A stretch of 64,000 nt of DNA from Singulisphaera sp. GP187 (GCA_945905925.1 CAMDQN010000004.1:22975-86974); one strand, 5' to 3'. Positions 8,466 through 18,142 are shown, numbered from the stretch's first letter. The notes: generated by a model from the letters alone, not told the origin. Numbers and translations are program-made.

Positions 8466-9199
8466 CTCATCACTCGTCACTCGTCACTCATCACTTGAGC
8501 CACCGCTACGCGGACGGGCGCGTCGCGCTCGATGACATCTCCTTCGCGATCGAAGCAAACGAGTGTGTCGCGATCGTCGGCCCAAATGGCGCCGGCAAAA
8601 CCACTCTCTTCTTGCGGTTGTGTGGCGTCCTCGCGGGCAAGCCCGGTCAGGCGACAATTAGCGGTCTTGACCCCGCCGTACCCGAACACCGGAAGAAACT
8701 CCCCGAAGTGGTCGGCGTGGTGTTCCAGAATCCAGACGACCAACTCTTCAGCCCCACGGTCGCGGAGGATGTCGCGTTCGGACCGCTGAACATGGGCGCG
8801 ACGCCAGATGAGGCGAAGGCCCGCGTGACGGAGGCGCTTCAAGCAGTGGGAATGGCGGACGCGGGCGAGCGCGTGCCGTTTCAGTTATCCGGCGGCGAGA
8901 AGCGTCGTGCCGCGCTCGCGGGCGTACTCGCGATGCGCCCGTCGGTGCTACTCCTCGACGAACCGAGCATGTTCCTCGACCCACGTGGCCGGCGCGAACT
9001 GATCACCGTGATTCGCGCGCTGCCCGGCACGAAACTCATTGCGACCCACGACCTCGATCTGGTGCTTGACCTCTGCCCGCGTGTGCTGGTGTTGGATGCG
9101 GGCAAACTCGCGGCCGACGGACCCACCGAGAAGTACCTCGCCGACGTCCAACTGATGTGGAGGCATGGACTGGAAGTACCTTTCCGACTCAGGAAGTAA
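8462..9199 (+). CDS. cbiO: ECF/ABC ATPase (CbiO/EcfA family), ~245 aa
   Basis: GPNGAGKT (Walker A), FQNPDDQLF, LSGGEKRR, LLLDEP (Walker B), ATHD. TTG start overlaps the cbiQ stop (TTGA); the start is inferred. Confidence 0.9.
   Translation: MTHHSSLVTHHLSHRYADGRVALDDISFAIEANECVAIVGPNGAGKTTLFLRLCGVLAGKPGQATISGLDPAVPEHRKKLPEVVGVVFQNPDDQLFSPTVAEDVAFGPLNMGATPDEAKARVTEALQAVGMADAGERVPFQLSGGEKRRAALAGVLAMRPSVLLLDEPSMFLDPRGRRELITVIRALPGTKLIATHDLDLVLDLCPRVLVLDAGKLAADGPTEKYLADVQLMWRHGLEVPFRLRK
8465..8495 (+). repeat. Heptamer tandem repeat ACTC(A/G)TC x4.4 at the cbiO 5' end
   Basis: ACTCATC ACTCGTC ACTCGTC ACTCATC ACT; reads THHSSLVTHH in the cbiO frame. Confidence 0.85.
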
Positions 9200-9289
9200 G
9201 CGCCTCGCGAGCCGATTTTCAGGAATTTCGCCACCCTGTTCGCGTCGTATACTGGAACGAATAAGCTCCACCACCACGACGCACCACAC

Positions 9290-10129
9290 ATGGCTTCCAC
9301 CTTGCTCGCCGAACCGCCGCTGAACCCGGTCCACGAGATCTTCCATGTTGATCGAATCCTGAAACCTGACGAAACCACCCCGCCGCGCAAGCACAAAATC
9401 ATCGCCGTGCTGCCCGCGTACAACGCGGAGCGGACGCTCGCCGCGACCATCGCGGACTTCCCCGCCGGGTGCGTAGACGAAATCCTGCTCGTCGATGACT
9501 GCAGCAAAGACAACACCGTTGCCATCGCGCGCGAGATGGGGTTGTCGGTCATCGTTCACGAGAAAAACACCGGCTACGGCGGCAACCAGAAGACGTGCTA
9601 CAAGTACTGCCTCGAACACGGCGCCGACATCGTCGTGATGATCCACCCGGATTACCAGTACGACTCACGAACAATCCCGCACGCGTGCGGGATGATCGAG
9701 TTGGGCATCTGCGACGTGATTCTGGGCAACCGCGTGCGGAGCCGCGCCGAAGCACTGAAGTGTGGGATGCCGTGGTGGAAGTACGTGAGCAATCGCGGGT
9801 TGACCGCATTCGAGAACCTGATGCTCGGGCAGAACCTCGGCGAGTTCCACTCGGGGTTCCGCGTCTACAGGCGACAGGTTCTCGAAATGATCCCGTTCGA
9901 GCGGAACAGTAACGACTTCGTGTTCGACACGCAATTTTTGGTGCAGGCGGTCCACTTCGGGTTCCGGCTCGGTGACATCCCGGTTCCCGTGAGGTACTTC
10001 GATGAGGCGAGTCAGATCAACTTCCGGCGCAGCACGAAGTACGGCATCCAGACGCTCACAACCGTGAACAAGTACTGGCTGAACAAGTTGCGGCTGTGGC
10101 GGAGCGACCTGTTCAAGCCGAAAGGGTGA
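9290..10129 (+). CDS. Glycosyltransferase family 2 (DPM1/polyprenol-phosphate glycosyltransferase-like), 279 aa
   Basis: [40 protein letters not shown]. Confidence 0.9.
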   Translation: MASTLLAEPPLNPVHEIFHVDRILKPDETTPPRKHKIIAVLPAYNAERTLAATIADFPAGCVDEILLVDDCSKDNTVAIAREMGLSVIVHEKNTGYGGNQKTCYKYCLEHGADIVVMIHPDYQYDSRTIPHACGMIELGICDVILGNRVRSRAEALKCGMPWWKYVSNRGLTAFENLMLGQNLGEFHSGFRVYRRQVLEMIPFERNSNDFVFDTQFLVQAVHFGFRLGDIPVPVRYFDEASQINFRRSTKYGIQTLTTVNKYWLNKLRLWRSDLFKPKG

Positions 10130-10146
10130 AACGAACGCCGCGATCT

Positions 10147-10185
10147 GGCGAGCGAGGGCGTCAGGGGTGACGTCCCCCGCTCGCC
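10147..10185. repeat. REP-like hairpin or terminator between convergent genes
   Basis: GGCGAGCGAGGGCGTCA-GGGG-TGACGTCCCCCGCTCGCC, imperfect ~17-bp stem. Confidence 0.6.
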
Positions 10186-10202
10186 TGTTCCCGTTCCCGT
10201 CG

Positions 10203-10676
10203 TTAGCCCACCGGCAGCGGTTCGAGGTCCGGCTGAACGAACTTCTTCTTCGCTGCTTCGGAGAACAGGAGTTCCGGGGAGTAGTGAGTCAGCAGAGCGG
10301 AGAGTTTGCGGTCGAAGAGGTCCGGGTTGCGGTTGCGGAAACTGGCGAAGCTCTCACCTGTTCGCCCCCGCGCCGCGACGATCCGAAGGAACGCCGTCGT
10401 GATGGTTTCATGGAAACCGGTCGGCTTGGTCTCCGCCACGGGTTCGGCCACAGCGACGGGTTCCGCCGGCGCGGTGGCGCCGCACGGGCGATTCTGCTGG
10501 GCGAGGAACGCCGCGTTCAGTTTCTTGATGCCGGTCCGCACCTTGCTCTTCGCGGTGCGGTAGGAATCGCTGCGGTTCACGTAGAGCCATGCCATGCGAA
10601 CGTGGGCATCGTGGGTCCACTCCGCGCGGTCGAGCGTACACTCTTCAAATCGGGTCAAGAATTTGTTGGCGTTCAT
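10203..10676 (-). CDS. Conserved hypothetical protein (WTHxAH...FHET...YSPELLFS...PDL family), 157 aa
   Basis: GGAGGAG RBS before ATG 10676; motifs EWTHDAHVRMAW, GFHETIT and HYSPELLFSEAAKKKFVQPDL. Confidence 0.75.
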   Translation of the reverse strand: MNANKFLTRFEECTLDRAEWTHDAHVRMAWLYVNRSDSYRTAKSKVRTGIKKLNAAFLAQQNRPCGATAPAEPVAVAEPVAETKPTGFHETITTAFLRIVAARGRTGESFASFRNRNPDLFDRKLSALLTHYSPELLFSEAAKKKFVQPDLEPLPVG

Positions 10677-10832
10677 CAATGGCTCCTCCGAAGGGGTTTC
10701 ATCGAACTGACAGTTGAATTGGTTGGGAGGTTCGCGTCCCAATCCCAATTCCACCCGTATACCCCACCGGGCTGTAGACGGCTATCTCCGTTGCGGAGCG
10801 GAAAACACGCGACCGCCACCGCGGTTCGCCTG

Positions 10833-11906
10833 TTACGCTACCTCCACGCCGACCTCACCGTCGCGCACCTCGCCAATCATCCACGCGGAAATGCCTTCTT
10901 CCCCGAGTTGCTTCACGATCCCTTCGGCCGCGTCCGGGTGCGCAATCACGGCGAAGCCGATACCCATATTAAAGACGCGAAACATCTCCGCGTCCGCGAC
11001 GTTACCGCACCGCTGAAGCCACCCGAACACCGGTGTTGTCGGCCACGCGTTTCGCGAAATGTGAACGCGTTTGCCCGGCGGAAGGATGCGGCCCACGTTG
11101 TCCGGCAGCCCGCCTCCGGTAATGTTCGCCAGCCCGTGAATCCTGCCTTCGTGAGCTTCGATTACGCGACGGACCGGCTTCACGTAGAGTCGCGTTGGCC
11201 TGAGCAACTCTTCGCCCACCGTTTTGCCCAACTCCGGCACGTGGTCCGTCACCCTCAGTCCCGCCACTTCAAACACGACTTTGCGAACGAGGCTGTAGCC
11301 GTTCGAGTGGATGCCACTTGATGCGAGACCGATGACCACGTCGCCAGTCTGAATTGACTGGCCGTCGATGACTTTATCGCGTTCCACCACACCGGCCGCG
11401 AAGCCGGCGAGGTCGAAGTCGCCCGGGTTGTAGAAATCCGGCAGGATTGCGGTTTCGCCGCCGACGAGCGCACAGCCCGATTCGAGGCACCCGTCCGCGA
11501 CGCCCTTCACGAGGTCCGCGGTGAGGCTCGGATCGTCCTTCGGCATCGCGAGGTAGTCGAGGAACACGAGCGGTTCGCCGCCGGTGCAGATGAGGTCGTT
11601 CACCGACATCGCAACGAGGTCGATGCCGACCGTGTCGAACTTCCCCGCCGCGCACGCAACCTTCAGTTTGCTGCCGACGCCGTCGGTACAGGTGACGAGG
11701 ACGGGGTTCGTGTACTTGCCCGCGGCGCTGAGATCGAAGAGGCTAGCGAACCCACCTACGCCCTTCCCGCCTTTGCGCGGCGGGAACGGTGGCGGGAACA
11801 CGCCGGGTCTGAACGTCCGCGCGACGTGCGCCTGAATGCCGGAGATGGTCTGCTCGTACTTGTCGAGATCCAACCCGGCTTTCTTGTAATTCCACTGCTC
11901 GGCCAT
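10833..11906 (-). CDS. purM: Phosphoribosylformylglycinamidine cyclo-ligase (AIR synthetase), 357 aa
   Basis: YKKAGLD, GGFASLF, TDGVGSKL, GIDLVAMSVND, GGETAILP, SSGIHSNGYSL, ITGGG, FNMGIG; GGAGG RBS. Confidence 0.97.
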   Translation of the reverse strand: MAEQWNYKKAGLDLDKYEQTISGIQAHVARTFRPGVFPPPFPPRKGGKGVGGFASLFDLSAAGKYTNPVLVTCTDGVGSKLKVACAAGKFDTVGIDLVAMSVNDLICTGGEPLVFLDYLAMPKDDPSLTADLVKGVADGCLESGCALVGGETAILPDFYNPGDFDLAGFAAGVVERDKVIDGQSIQTGDVVIGLASSGIHSNGYSLVRKVVFEVAGLRVTDHVPELGKTVGEELLRPTRLYVKPVRRVIEAHEGRIHGLANITGGGLPDNVGRILPPGKRVHISRNAWPTTPVFGWLQRCGNVADAEMFRVFNMGIGFAVIAHPDAAEGIVKQLGEEGISAWMIGEVRDGEVGVEVA

Positions 11907-12047
11907 CGAAGAGCCCCTCCCCGGTCTTGTTGCCATACCACACACATTACGACAGTCGAACCGCCAGCGTAAGCCGACTGGGTATCGCTCCCGACCGAGA
12001 TACGCTAACCCCTACCGGCTCCCGCCGGCGATTCGACATACCCGGCA

Positions 12048-12077
12048 TTGACCCGCTTCTCAAAACCCCGCTATAGT
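12048..12077 (+). promoter_or_regulatory. Sigma70-type promoter of the MBOAT operon
   Basis: TTGACC-N18-TATAGT, 50 bp upstream of the start. Confidence 0.6.
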
Positions 12078-12127
12078 CCCCACCCCCGGCGGGTTCGCGA
12101 GTCCCGCCGATCCGCAACCAAGGACGG

Positions 12128-13666
12128 TTGGTGATGTCGCTTCCCCTGCTCGCCGAGGCAAGCGCCGCGGAACCGGCGTTCCAGTCCGGGTTCGCGTACT
12201 TCCGCTGGCTGCACGAACTGCTCCCAGCACCGTTCTTCCACACACAAGCGTTTTTAGCGTTTTTCGCCATCGTGCTGTTCGTGTACTGGAGCGTCCCGCG
12301 GCGATTCCAGATGACACGCGTCTGGATACTCGTGATCGCTAGTTTTCACTTTTACGCCGCGTGGAGCTACGAACTCGCGTTCCTCGTCACCGGAACGACA
12401 CTCGCCGATTACATTTTCGGCCGGATAATGGGCCACTCGGAACGCCCGCGGTTCCGCAAGCTGATCCTGTTTACCAGTATCGGCATGAACCTCGGAATCC
12501 TGTGCTACTTCAAGTACCGCGGATTCTTCCTCAACGAACTCTTCGACGGGATGCGCAAACTCGGCATGGAGCCGGGCTACGAGAAGATGAACCCCCTGGC
12601 GATCTTCATTCCGTTCGGCATCTCGTTCTACACATTCGAGGCGATCAGCTACGCGGTCGATGTGTACAAGCGGAAGATCCCGGCTGAGAAGAGCCTGCCG
12701 CGGTTCCTGCTGTTCATCCTGTTCTTCCCGCACCTGGTCGCGGGGCCGATCGTGCGCGCCGGCGACCTGCTGCGACAGACTCGCCGCGCGAAGCGGTGGA
12801 ACTGGCTTCGTGTTCAGGTCGGCGTGCAGTTGTTCCTGATCGGCGCGTTCAAGAAGATGGCGATCGCCGACCGCATGGCGTTGTTCTGCGACCCGGTGTT
12901 CGCGAGCCCGGAGCAGTACAACTCCGTGGCCGTGTGGTTCGCGGTGCTGGCCTACGCCGTTCGTATCTATTGCGACTTCTCGGGCTACTCGGACATGGCC
13001 GTCGGCGCGGCGCACCTGCTCGGCTACAAGCTGATCAACAACTTCAACATGCCGTACCTCGCGGCGAACGTGTCCGACTTCTGGCGCCGGTGGCACATCA
13101 GCCTGTCCAACTGGTTGCGCGATTACATCTTCATCCCGCTGGGCGGGAGTCGCGGGTCGCGGTGGCTTAACTACCGCAATTTGCTGATCACAATGACCAT
13201 CGGCGGGCTGTGGCACGGCGCCGCGTGGGGGTACATCCTGTGGGGTCTTGCGCATGGGCTGATGCTGGTGGCGCACAAGCAGTTCAAGGACTACTGCGAA
13301 AACAAACCGCGGCTCACCGCGTTTCTGGAAACGATGTTCGGCACGGGTCTGCGGATCTGCTTCACGTTCTTCTGCGTGAGCATGTGCTGGGTACTGTTCC
13401 AGCCCGAACTGGGCAAGGCGCTCGCGATCTTCGAGAAACTGTTCCACATTCAGCGTGGGCAAGTGCTACCGCTGAACAACCGGAGCTTGTGGTACACGGT
13501 GATTTTCCTGTTCGCGTGCCAGTGGCTGGTCCGGTCGGGCGCGTGGGCGTGGATCTACCGACGGTTGCCGGCCCCAGTCCTCGGCGTGGGCTACGCGGTG
13601 TGTCTGTGCGCCGCGCTGGTGCTGGCGCCGGACAACGGCACCACGTTCATCTACTTCCAGTTCTAA
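12128..13666 (+). CDS. MBOAT family O-acyltransferase (AlgI/PatA/DltB-like), 512 aa
   Basis: GISFYTFEAISY, FFPHLVAGPIVR, YCDFSGYSDMA, NFNMPY, FWRRWHISLSNWLRDY, GLWHGA (catalytic His), C-terminal FIYFQF. Confidence 0.95.
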   Translation: MVMSLPLLAEASAAEPAFQSGFAYFRWLHELLPAPFFHTQAFLAFFAIVLFVYWSVPRRFQMTRVWILVIASFHFYAAWSYELAFLVTGTTLADYIFGRIMGHSERPRFRKLILFTSIGMNLGILCYFKYRGFFLNELFDGMRKLGMEPGYEKMNPLAIFIPFGISFYTFEAISYAVDVYKRKIPAEKSLPRFLLFILFFPHLVAGPIVRAGDLLRQTRRAKRWNWLRVQVGVQLFLIGAFKKMAIADRMALFCDPVFASPEQYNSVAVWFAVLAYAVRIYCDFSGYSDMAVGAAHLLGYKLINNFNMPYLAANVSDFWRRWHISLSNWLRDYIFIPLGGSRGSRWLNYRNLLITMTIGGLWHGAAWGYILWGLAHGLMLVAHKQFKDYCENKPRLTAFLETMFGTGLRICFTFFCVSMCWVLFQPELGKALAIFEKLFHIQRGQVLPLNNRSLWYTVIFLFACQWLVRSGAWAWIYRRLPAPVLGVGYAVCLCAALVLAPDNGTTFIYFQF

Positions 13667-13677
13667 CCGGGGACGCC

Positions 13678-14841
13678 GTGACGACACGAACGCTCCCCAC
13701 ACGGCCCGCGCGCTGGGTCCGGCGACTGCGGCTGCGGTTGCAAGTGGTAGTCGTGCCCGAAACGGCGCCGACCGCGACCCGCGGCGCGGCGCGCCGCGCG
13801 GCGGCCGTAGCTGTGGGAAGCTCGGTCCTCGTGTTCGTTGCGATTCAGGCGGCTCTCTCGGGTACATCGGCCGTCACGCATTTGGTTGCTGATCCGGTGT
13901 ACGGCGACAAGGAGAAACGCCTGCGGCGTCTCGAACGCGCGGCCCCGCCCGGAACGCCGCGGGTGATCCTGCTCGGCACCTCGCGCACCGGTTACGGATT
14001 CGCCGCGGGCCGCGTCCAGACCGCCGCGACCGGAGTTGGTACGCCTGCGGTTGTGTTCAACTTCGGCATCCCCGGCGCCGGCCCGATCACGCACCTGATC
14101 TACCTTCGCCGGTTGCTCGCCGACGGGCACCGGCCGGACTTGCTTGTCATCGAGGTACTTCCGCCACTGCTCGCGGATCTGCCTGACGGACCACTCGAAG
14201 CGCGGATGTTGAAAGGTGATTTGCTCACCCGCGACGAGATCGAAATGGTCGGCCGCTACGCGATGCCGGTCAAACGACTCCGCCAACAACAACGCGAGGC
14301 AGCCCGTACGCCGGTCCACGAACACCGATTCAAACTGCTCGGCCGCATCTTTCCCAGCGCGCTGCCGTGGCAACTCCGGTACGACGCCGGGCGCACCCCG
14401 GACCCGAACGGTTGGGGTGCGTCCGACGTGTCGGAAGTGCCCGACGATCATCGCCAGCGCGGTGTCGCGGGAACCGCGGCCGAGTACCGCGACGTGTTCC
14501 AACACGACCTCCCCGCCGGGCCTGCGGTCGCGGCCCTACGCGACACGCTCGAATTGTGCCGCGCCGAAGGCATTCCTGTCGCGATTGTCGTCTTCCCCGA
14601 AGCGACCACGTTCCGCGCGCTGTACCCGCCGCGCGTCGAACCGAAACTCGCACGCTTCCTCGCGGACCTGAGTACGGAGTTCGGGTGCCCGGCCACCGAC
14701 GCGCGCACCTGGATCGCCGACGATCTGTTCCTCGACAGTCACCACCTGCTCCGCACCGGGGCCGCGGCCTTCACCGACCGGTTCGCGGGTGAAGTGATCG
14801 TGCCGTTCCTTCACGAGCGAAGTTCGCAGGGGGCGCGCTGA
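13678..14841 (+). CDS. SGNH-like membrane-anchored protein (DUF1574-like) #1, 387 aa
   Basis: GTG start 12 bp after the MBOAT stop; one TM helix; LGTSRT (block I), FNFGIPG, IEVLP, DSHHL (DxxH block V). Confidence 0.75.
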   Translation: MTTRTLPTRPARWVRRLRLRLQVVVVPETAPTATRGAARRAAAVAVGSSVLVFVAIQAALSGTSAVTHLVADPVYGDKEKRLRRLERAAPPGTPRVILLGTSRTGYGFAAGRVQTAATGVGTPAVVFNFGIPGAGPITHLIYLRRLLADGHRPDLLVIEVLPPLLADLPDGPLEARMLKGDLLTRDEIEMVGRYAMPVKRLRQQQREAARTPVHEHRFKLLGRIFPSALPWQLRYDAGRTPDPNGWGASDVSEVPDDHRQRGVAGTAAEYRDVFQHDLPAGPAVAALRDTLELCRAEGIPVAIVVFPEATTFRALYPPRVEPKLARFLADLSTEFGCPATDARTWIADDLFLDSHHLLRTGAAAFTDRFAGEVIVPFLHERSSQGAR

Positions 14842-16046
14842 TGGTCGTCACCCCAGGAGTGGCACGGCGAGCGCTAACGAGCCGTGACCGCCAGGGAGTG
14901 GTTTACGTTGGCCGCTCCCTGGCGGTCGCGGCTCGTTACACACGTCTCAAACTCGTTGCTTTTCTCGGCGCGCCTGCGCCGCGTGCCCCGTCGCGACCCC
15001 GCCACAGTCGGCGCGCGCGGGCCTCGCTGTTCTGGTTCGTGGCGGGCGCGGCGCTGCTTCATGCGGGTGCGGTGTTGGCAACGGAGGCGTGGCCACAACT
15101 GCGCGACCCGGAGTACGGGCGCCGGGCGCGAGAACTCCGCGCCCGCACCGCCAAACACCCTGACCGACCGCTCGTGGTTGTAATCGGTAGTTCACGCGTC
15201 AGCATGGGGGTGAAGCCCGATGCGTGGGAAGCGGTGCGCCCGGGAACGCCACACGACCCGCTGCTATTCAACATGGGCGCATATGGAGCCGGACCGGTTC
15301 AGGAACTGATCACGATGCACCGGGTGTTCGCCGACGGGTTCCGCCCGGCGGTCGTGCTGCTCGAGTACTGTCCGATGCTCCTCCGCCAGGACGGTCGGTT
15401 CGGCGACTCGGCCCGCCTCGACCCCCGCCGACTGCGATGGTCAGACCGGACGGTCGTTCGCAACTACTTCGCCGACCCCGATGGCGCGGAACGGCGGATG
15501 CGAGCGGCGCGACTCAACGTATTCGCCGAGAACCGCGAGCGGTGGATGCTTCAGGCCGTCCCGGAATGGGTGTCGAAGTTCGGCGCGCGAAATGGGGGGT
15601 GGGTTGGCCTGGATCAGTGGGGTTGGACGCCGGGTATGGACGTCCTGCCCCACGACGCGGCCACCCGACGGATGCTGATCGAACACAACCGCGAGGACGT
15701 CCACGGCCGGTTCGACGGACACACAATCGACCCGAACTCGGACCGGGCGCTGCGCGAGGCGGTCGCGGTGGCTCGTGCGCACGGCTCGCGGGTTGGGTTC
15801 CTGTACCTCCCGGAGTCGGTCGAGTTCCAGAGTTGGTATCCGGCCCCAGTCGAACGCGCCGCACGCACCCACCTGGCGGGTCTCGAACGCGATCTGGGGG
15901 TTCCCATCATCAACGCGCGCGACTGGATGAGCGACGACCAACTGGCCGACGGTTTTCACCTGTCGCGCGTTGGCGCGGGGTCGTTCACCGAGCGACTCGG
16001 ACTGGCAGTCGGCGCGAGATTCCCCGTGACCGGAGGGCGCCCGTGA
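14841..16046 (+). CDS. SGNH-like membrane-anchored protein (DUF1574-like) #2, 401 aa
   Basis: TGATG coupling to the upstream gene; TM helix; IGSSRV, FNMGAYG, LEYCP, DGFHL. Confidence 0.75.
   Translation: MVVTPGVARRALTSRDRQGVVYVGRSLAVAARYTRLKLVAFLGAPAPRAPSRPRHSRRARASLFWFVAGAALLHAGAVLATEAWPQLRDPEYGRRARELRARTAKHPDRPLVVVIGSSRVSMGVKPDAWEAVRPGTPHDPLLFNMGAYGAGPVQELITMHRVFADGFRPAVVLLEYCPMLLRQDGRFGDSARLDPRRLRWSDRTVVRNYFADPDGAERRMRAARLNVFAENRERWMLQAVPEWVSKFGARNGGWVGLDQWGWTPGMDVLPHDAATRRMLIEHNREDVHGRFDGHTIDPNSDRALREAVAVARAHGSRVGFLYLPESVEFQSWYPAPVERAARTHLAGLERDLGVPIINARDWMSDDQLADGFHLSRVGAGSFTERLGLAVGARFPVTGGRP
14875..14938. repeat. REP-like palindrome (GAGCCGYGACCGCCAGGGAG family) inside a CDS
   Basis: TAACGAGCCGTGACCGCCAGGGAG ... 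CTCCCTGGCGGTCGCGGCTCGTTA, 24-bp arms with one mismatch; translated as LTSRDRQGVVYVGRSLAVAARY. Confidence 0.8.
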
Positions 16047-17164
16047 ACCAATCGACCGGCGCGCCGTTAACCCGCCCGCGACTGTTCCCGCGCCTGCGGA
16101 ATTCCGTATTCGTGCGCCCCTCAAACGACCCCGTCGCCGTCGCGCGGCGGTCGCTCGCGTGGGGCGTGTTCGCGTTCGCGCTGGCGACCGCCGCGCTGTC
16201 GGCTTCCATCGAGACAGTACTCCCGCAGGTGCGCGACCCGGAATACGGGTATCGACTCGTGCGACTCCGCGCGCAAAAACGGGCGCACCCGAACCGACCG
16301 CTGGTACTGGCGCTGGGCACATCACGCACCCAGAACGCGATCGACCCGGAGGCAATGGACTTCCCGGACGAACCCGGTGCCCCGTTCGTCTACAATTTCG
16401 GGCAATCGAACATCCGGCCGCTACACCTGCGCCTGTTCCTGTGGCGCCTGCACGATGCGGGCATCCGGCCGGACGCGGTGTTCGTCGAGGTGTTCCCCGC
16501 CTTCCTGATGGTGCCTGGTCCAGCCGACGCACACTTCCGCGACACCGAGACTCTGCTCACCGCCGGGGACGTGCGATGGCTGACCCCTCATCTCGATGAC
16601 CCGGCGGTGCTGTGGCGACGGTGGGCGATGACTCGCATCGATCCGTGGTCCGCGTATCGGGGATCTCTTCTCGCTCGCGTCTCGCCCACGGCGATTCCGT
16701 GGTCGCTCCGGGTCGATCACCAGTGGGTGCTGTTGAACCAGCGCGGGTTCAACGGCTACCCGCCCGAAGAGGCGACCGACGAGGCCCGCACGCGCAAGCG
16801 TGCGCGCATGTACCGGGACTTCGGAAACGCGCTCGGCGCTCTGCACGTGAGTGCGACCACGGAGGAAGCGTACCGCGACCTCGTGGCCGACTGTCGCGAA
16901 CGGGGCATTCGGGTCGCGTTCTTCAACACACCCGAATCGCCCGTGTTCCAGAGCTGGTATTCACCGGAGTCGCGTGCGGCGCTCGCCGCGTTCACCCGGA
17001 TGCTGCGTGATGAGTTGGGCTGTCCGGTGTTCGACGCGCCGACCGACTTCGCGGAAGAGGACTTCGCCGACGGCCACCACATGCTGCGCACCCCCGCAGC
17101 ACGGTTCAGCCACCAACTCGCCGAACAACACCTCAGGCCCTGGCTCGCGGAGGTGCTCAAGTAG
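16043..17164 (+). CDS. SGNH-like membrane-anchored protein (DUF1574-like) #3, 373 aa
   Basis: GGAGG RBS and GTGA overlap with the upstream stop; TM helix; LGTSRT, YNFGQSN, VEVFP, DGHHM. Confidence 0.75.
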   Translation: MNQSTGAPLTRPRLFPRLRNSVFVRPSNDPVAVARRSLAWGVFAFALATAALSASIETVLPQVRDPEYGYRLVRLRAQKRAHPNRPLVLALGTSRTQNAIDPEAMDFPDEPGAPFVYNFGQSNIRPLHLRLFLWRLHDAGIRPDAVFVEVFPAFLMVPGPADAHFRDTETLLTAGDVRWLTPHLDDPAVLWRRWAMTRIDPWSAYRGSLLARVSPTAIPWSLRVDHQWVLLNQRGFNGYPPEEATDEARTRKRARMYRDFGNALGALHVSATTEEAYRDLVADCRERGIRVAFFNTPESPVFQSWYSPESRAALAAFTRMLRDELGCPVFDAPTDFAEEDFADGHHMLRTPAARFSHQLAEQHLRPWLAEVLK

Positions 17165-17194
17165 GTCCGGCACGCGAAGCCGCAAGCGGCGAGT

Positions 17195-18079
17195 TCACTT
17201 GCCCAACAGGTCGCGGGCCGTCATCCAGTCGGTCAGGCGGTCGGGCCACGTCTCAACCGACTTCTCGCCACCAGTCCACTTCGGGTCTCGCCCCAGCCCG
17301 ACGCCGTGCTTCCCCTTCTCATAGATGTGCATCTCGACCGGCACGCCGGCCTTCTTGCACGCGAGGTAGAACCGAACCGCGTTCTCCGGCACCACTGCCG
17401 TGTCCGCGCTCGTGTGGAAGATAAACACCGGCGGTGTCTCCTTCGTCACCTGCTTTTCGTTCGAGAAACGTTCAACTAGTTTGGGATCCGGGTTGTCGCC
17501 GAGGAGGTTCTTGCGAGTGCCGCCGTGGGTGACGCCCACTTCGAGGGTGATGACCGGGTACGCGAAGATCGCGAAGTCCGGCCGGCAACTCGTTTTGTCG
17601 ATCGCGTCGCCGTCTTTGAGCAGTCCGGCGTCGAAGTGCGTGGTCGCGGTGCTCGCGAGGTGCCCGCCAGCGGAGAAACCCATGATCCCGATCTTCTTCG
17701 GATCGACGCTGTAGTCTTTCGCCTTCGCGCGCACGGTGCGGATCGCGCGCTGTGCGTCGGAGAGCGGCGCTTCTCCGAGCGGCCCTGGGCGGTCCTTGTT
17801 CGCGGTGCGATACTTCAGCACAAACACGGTCACACCGAGTTTGGCGAAGAACTCACCAACCTGCTTACCCTCGTGATCCATCGCCAGCCCGCCGTAGCCG
17901 CCACCGGGGCAGACTACCACGGCGGTGCCGTTGGGCTTCTCGGGCCGGTACGCGGTCAACTCCGGTTTGTCGGTCGCGGAATCGCCGACTGCGTGTGGCG
18001 CCTTTCCAGGCCAGAGGGGGAACGTTTGTGGCGCGGGGTCGGCGCCAACGAGGGCAAGCAGGAGAGAGGCGCAGAACAT
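17195..18079 (-). CDS. Secreted alpha/beta hydrolase (acetylxylan/feruloyl esterase-like), 294 aa
   Basis: Signal peptide; CPGGGY, GIMGFSAGGH (nucleophile Ser), HTSADTAV (Asp), GKHGVG (His). Confidence 0.88.
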   Translation of the reverse strand: MFCASLLLALVGADPAPQTFPLWPGKAPHAVGDSATDKPELTAYRPEKPNGTAVVVCPGGGYGGLAMDHEGKQVGEFFAKLGVTVFVLKYRTANKDRPGPLGEAPLSDAQRAIRTVRAKAKDYSVDPKKIGIMGFSAGGHLASTATTHFDAGLLKDGDAIDKTSCRPDFAIFAYPVITLEVGVTHGGTRKNLLGDNPDPKLVERFSNEKQVTKETPPVFIFHTSADTAVVPENAVRFYLACKKAGVPVEMHIYEKGKHGVGLGRDPKWTGGEKSVETWPDRLTDWMTARDLLGK

Positions 18080-18142
18080 GAACGCGGCTCCGAGTTAGGG
18101 TCAGGGTGGGCAAAGCGAACTTTTTTCCACCTGTACGAATCG

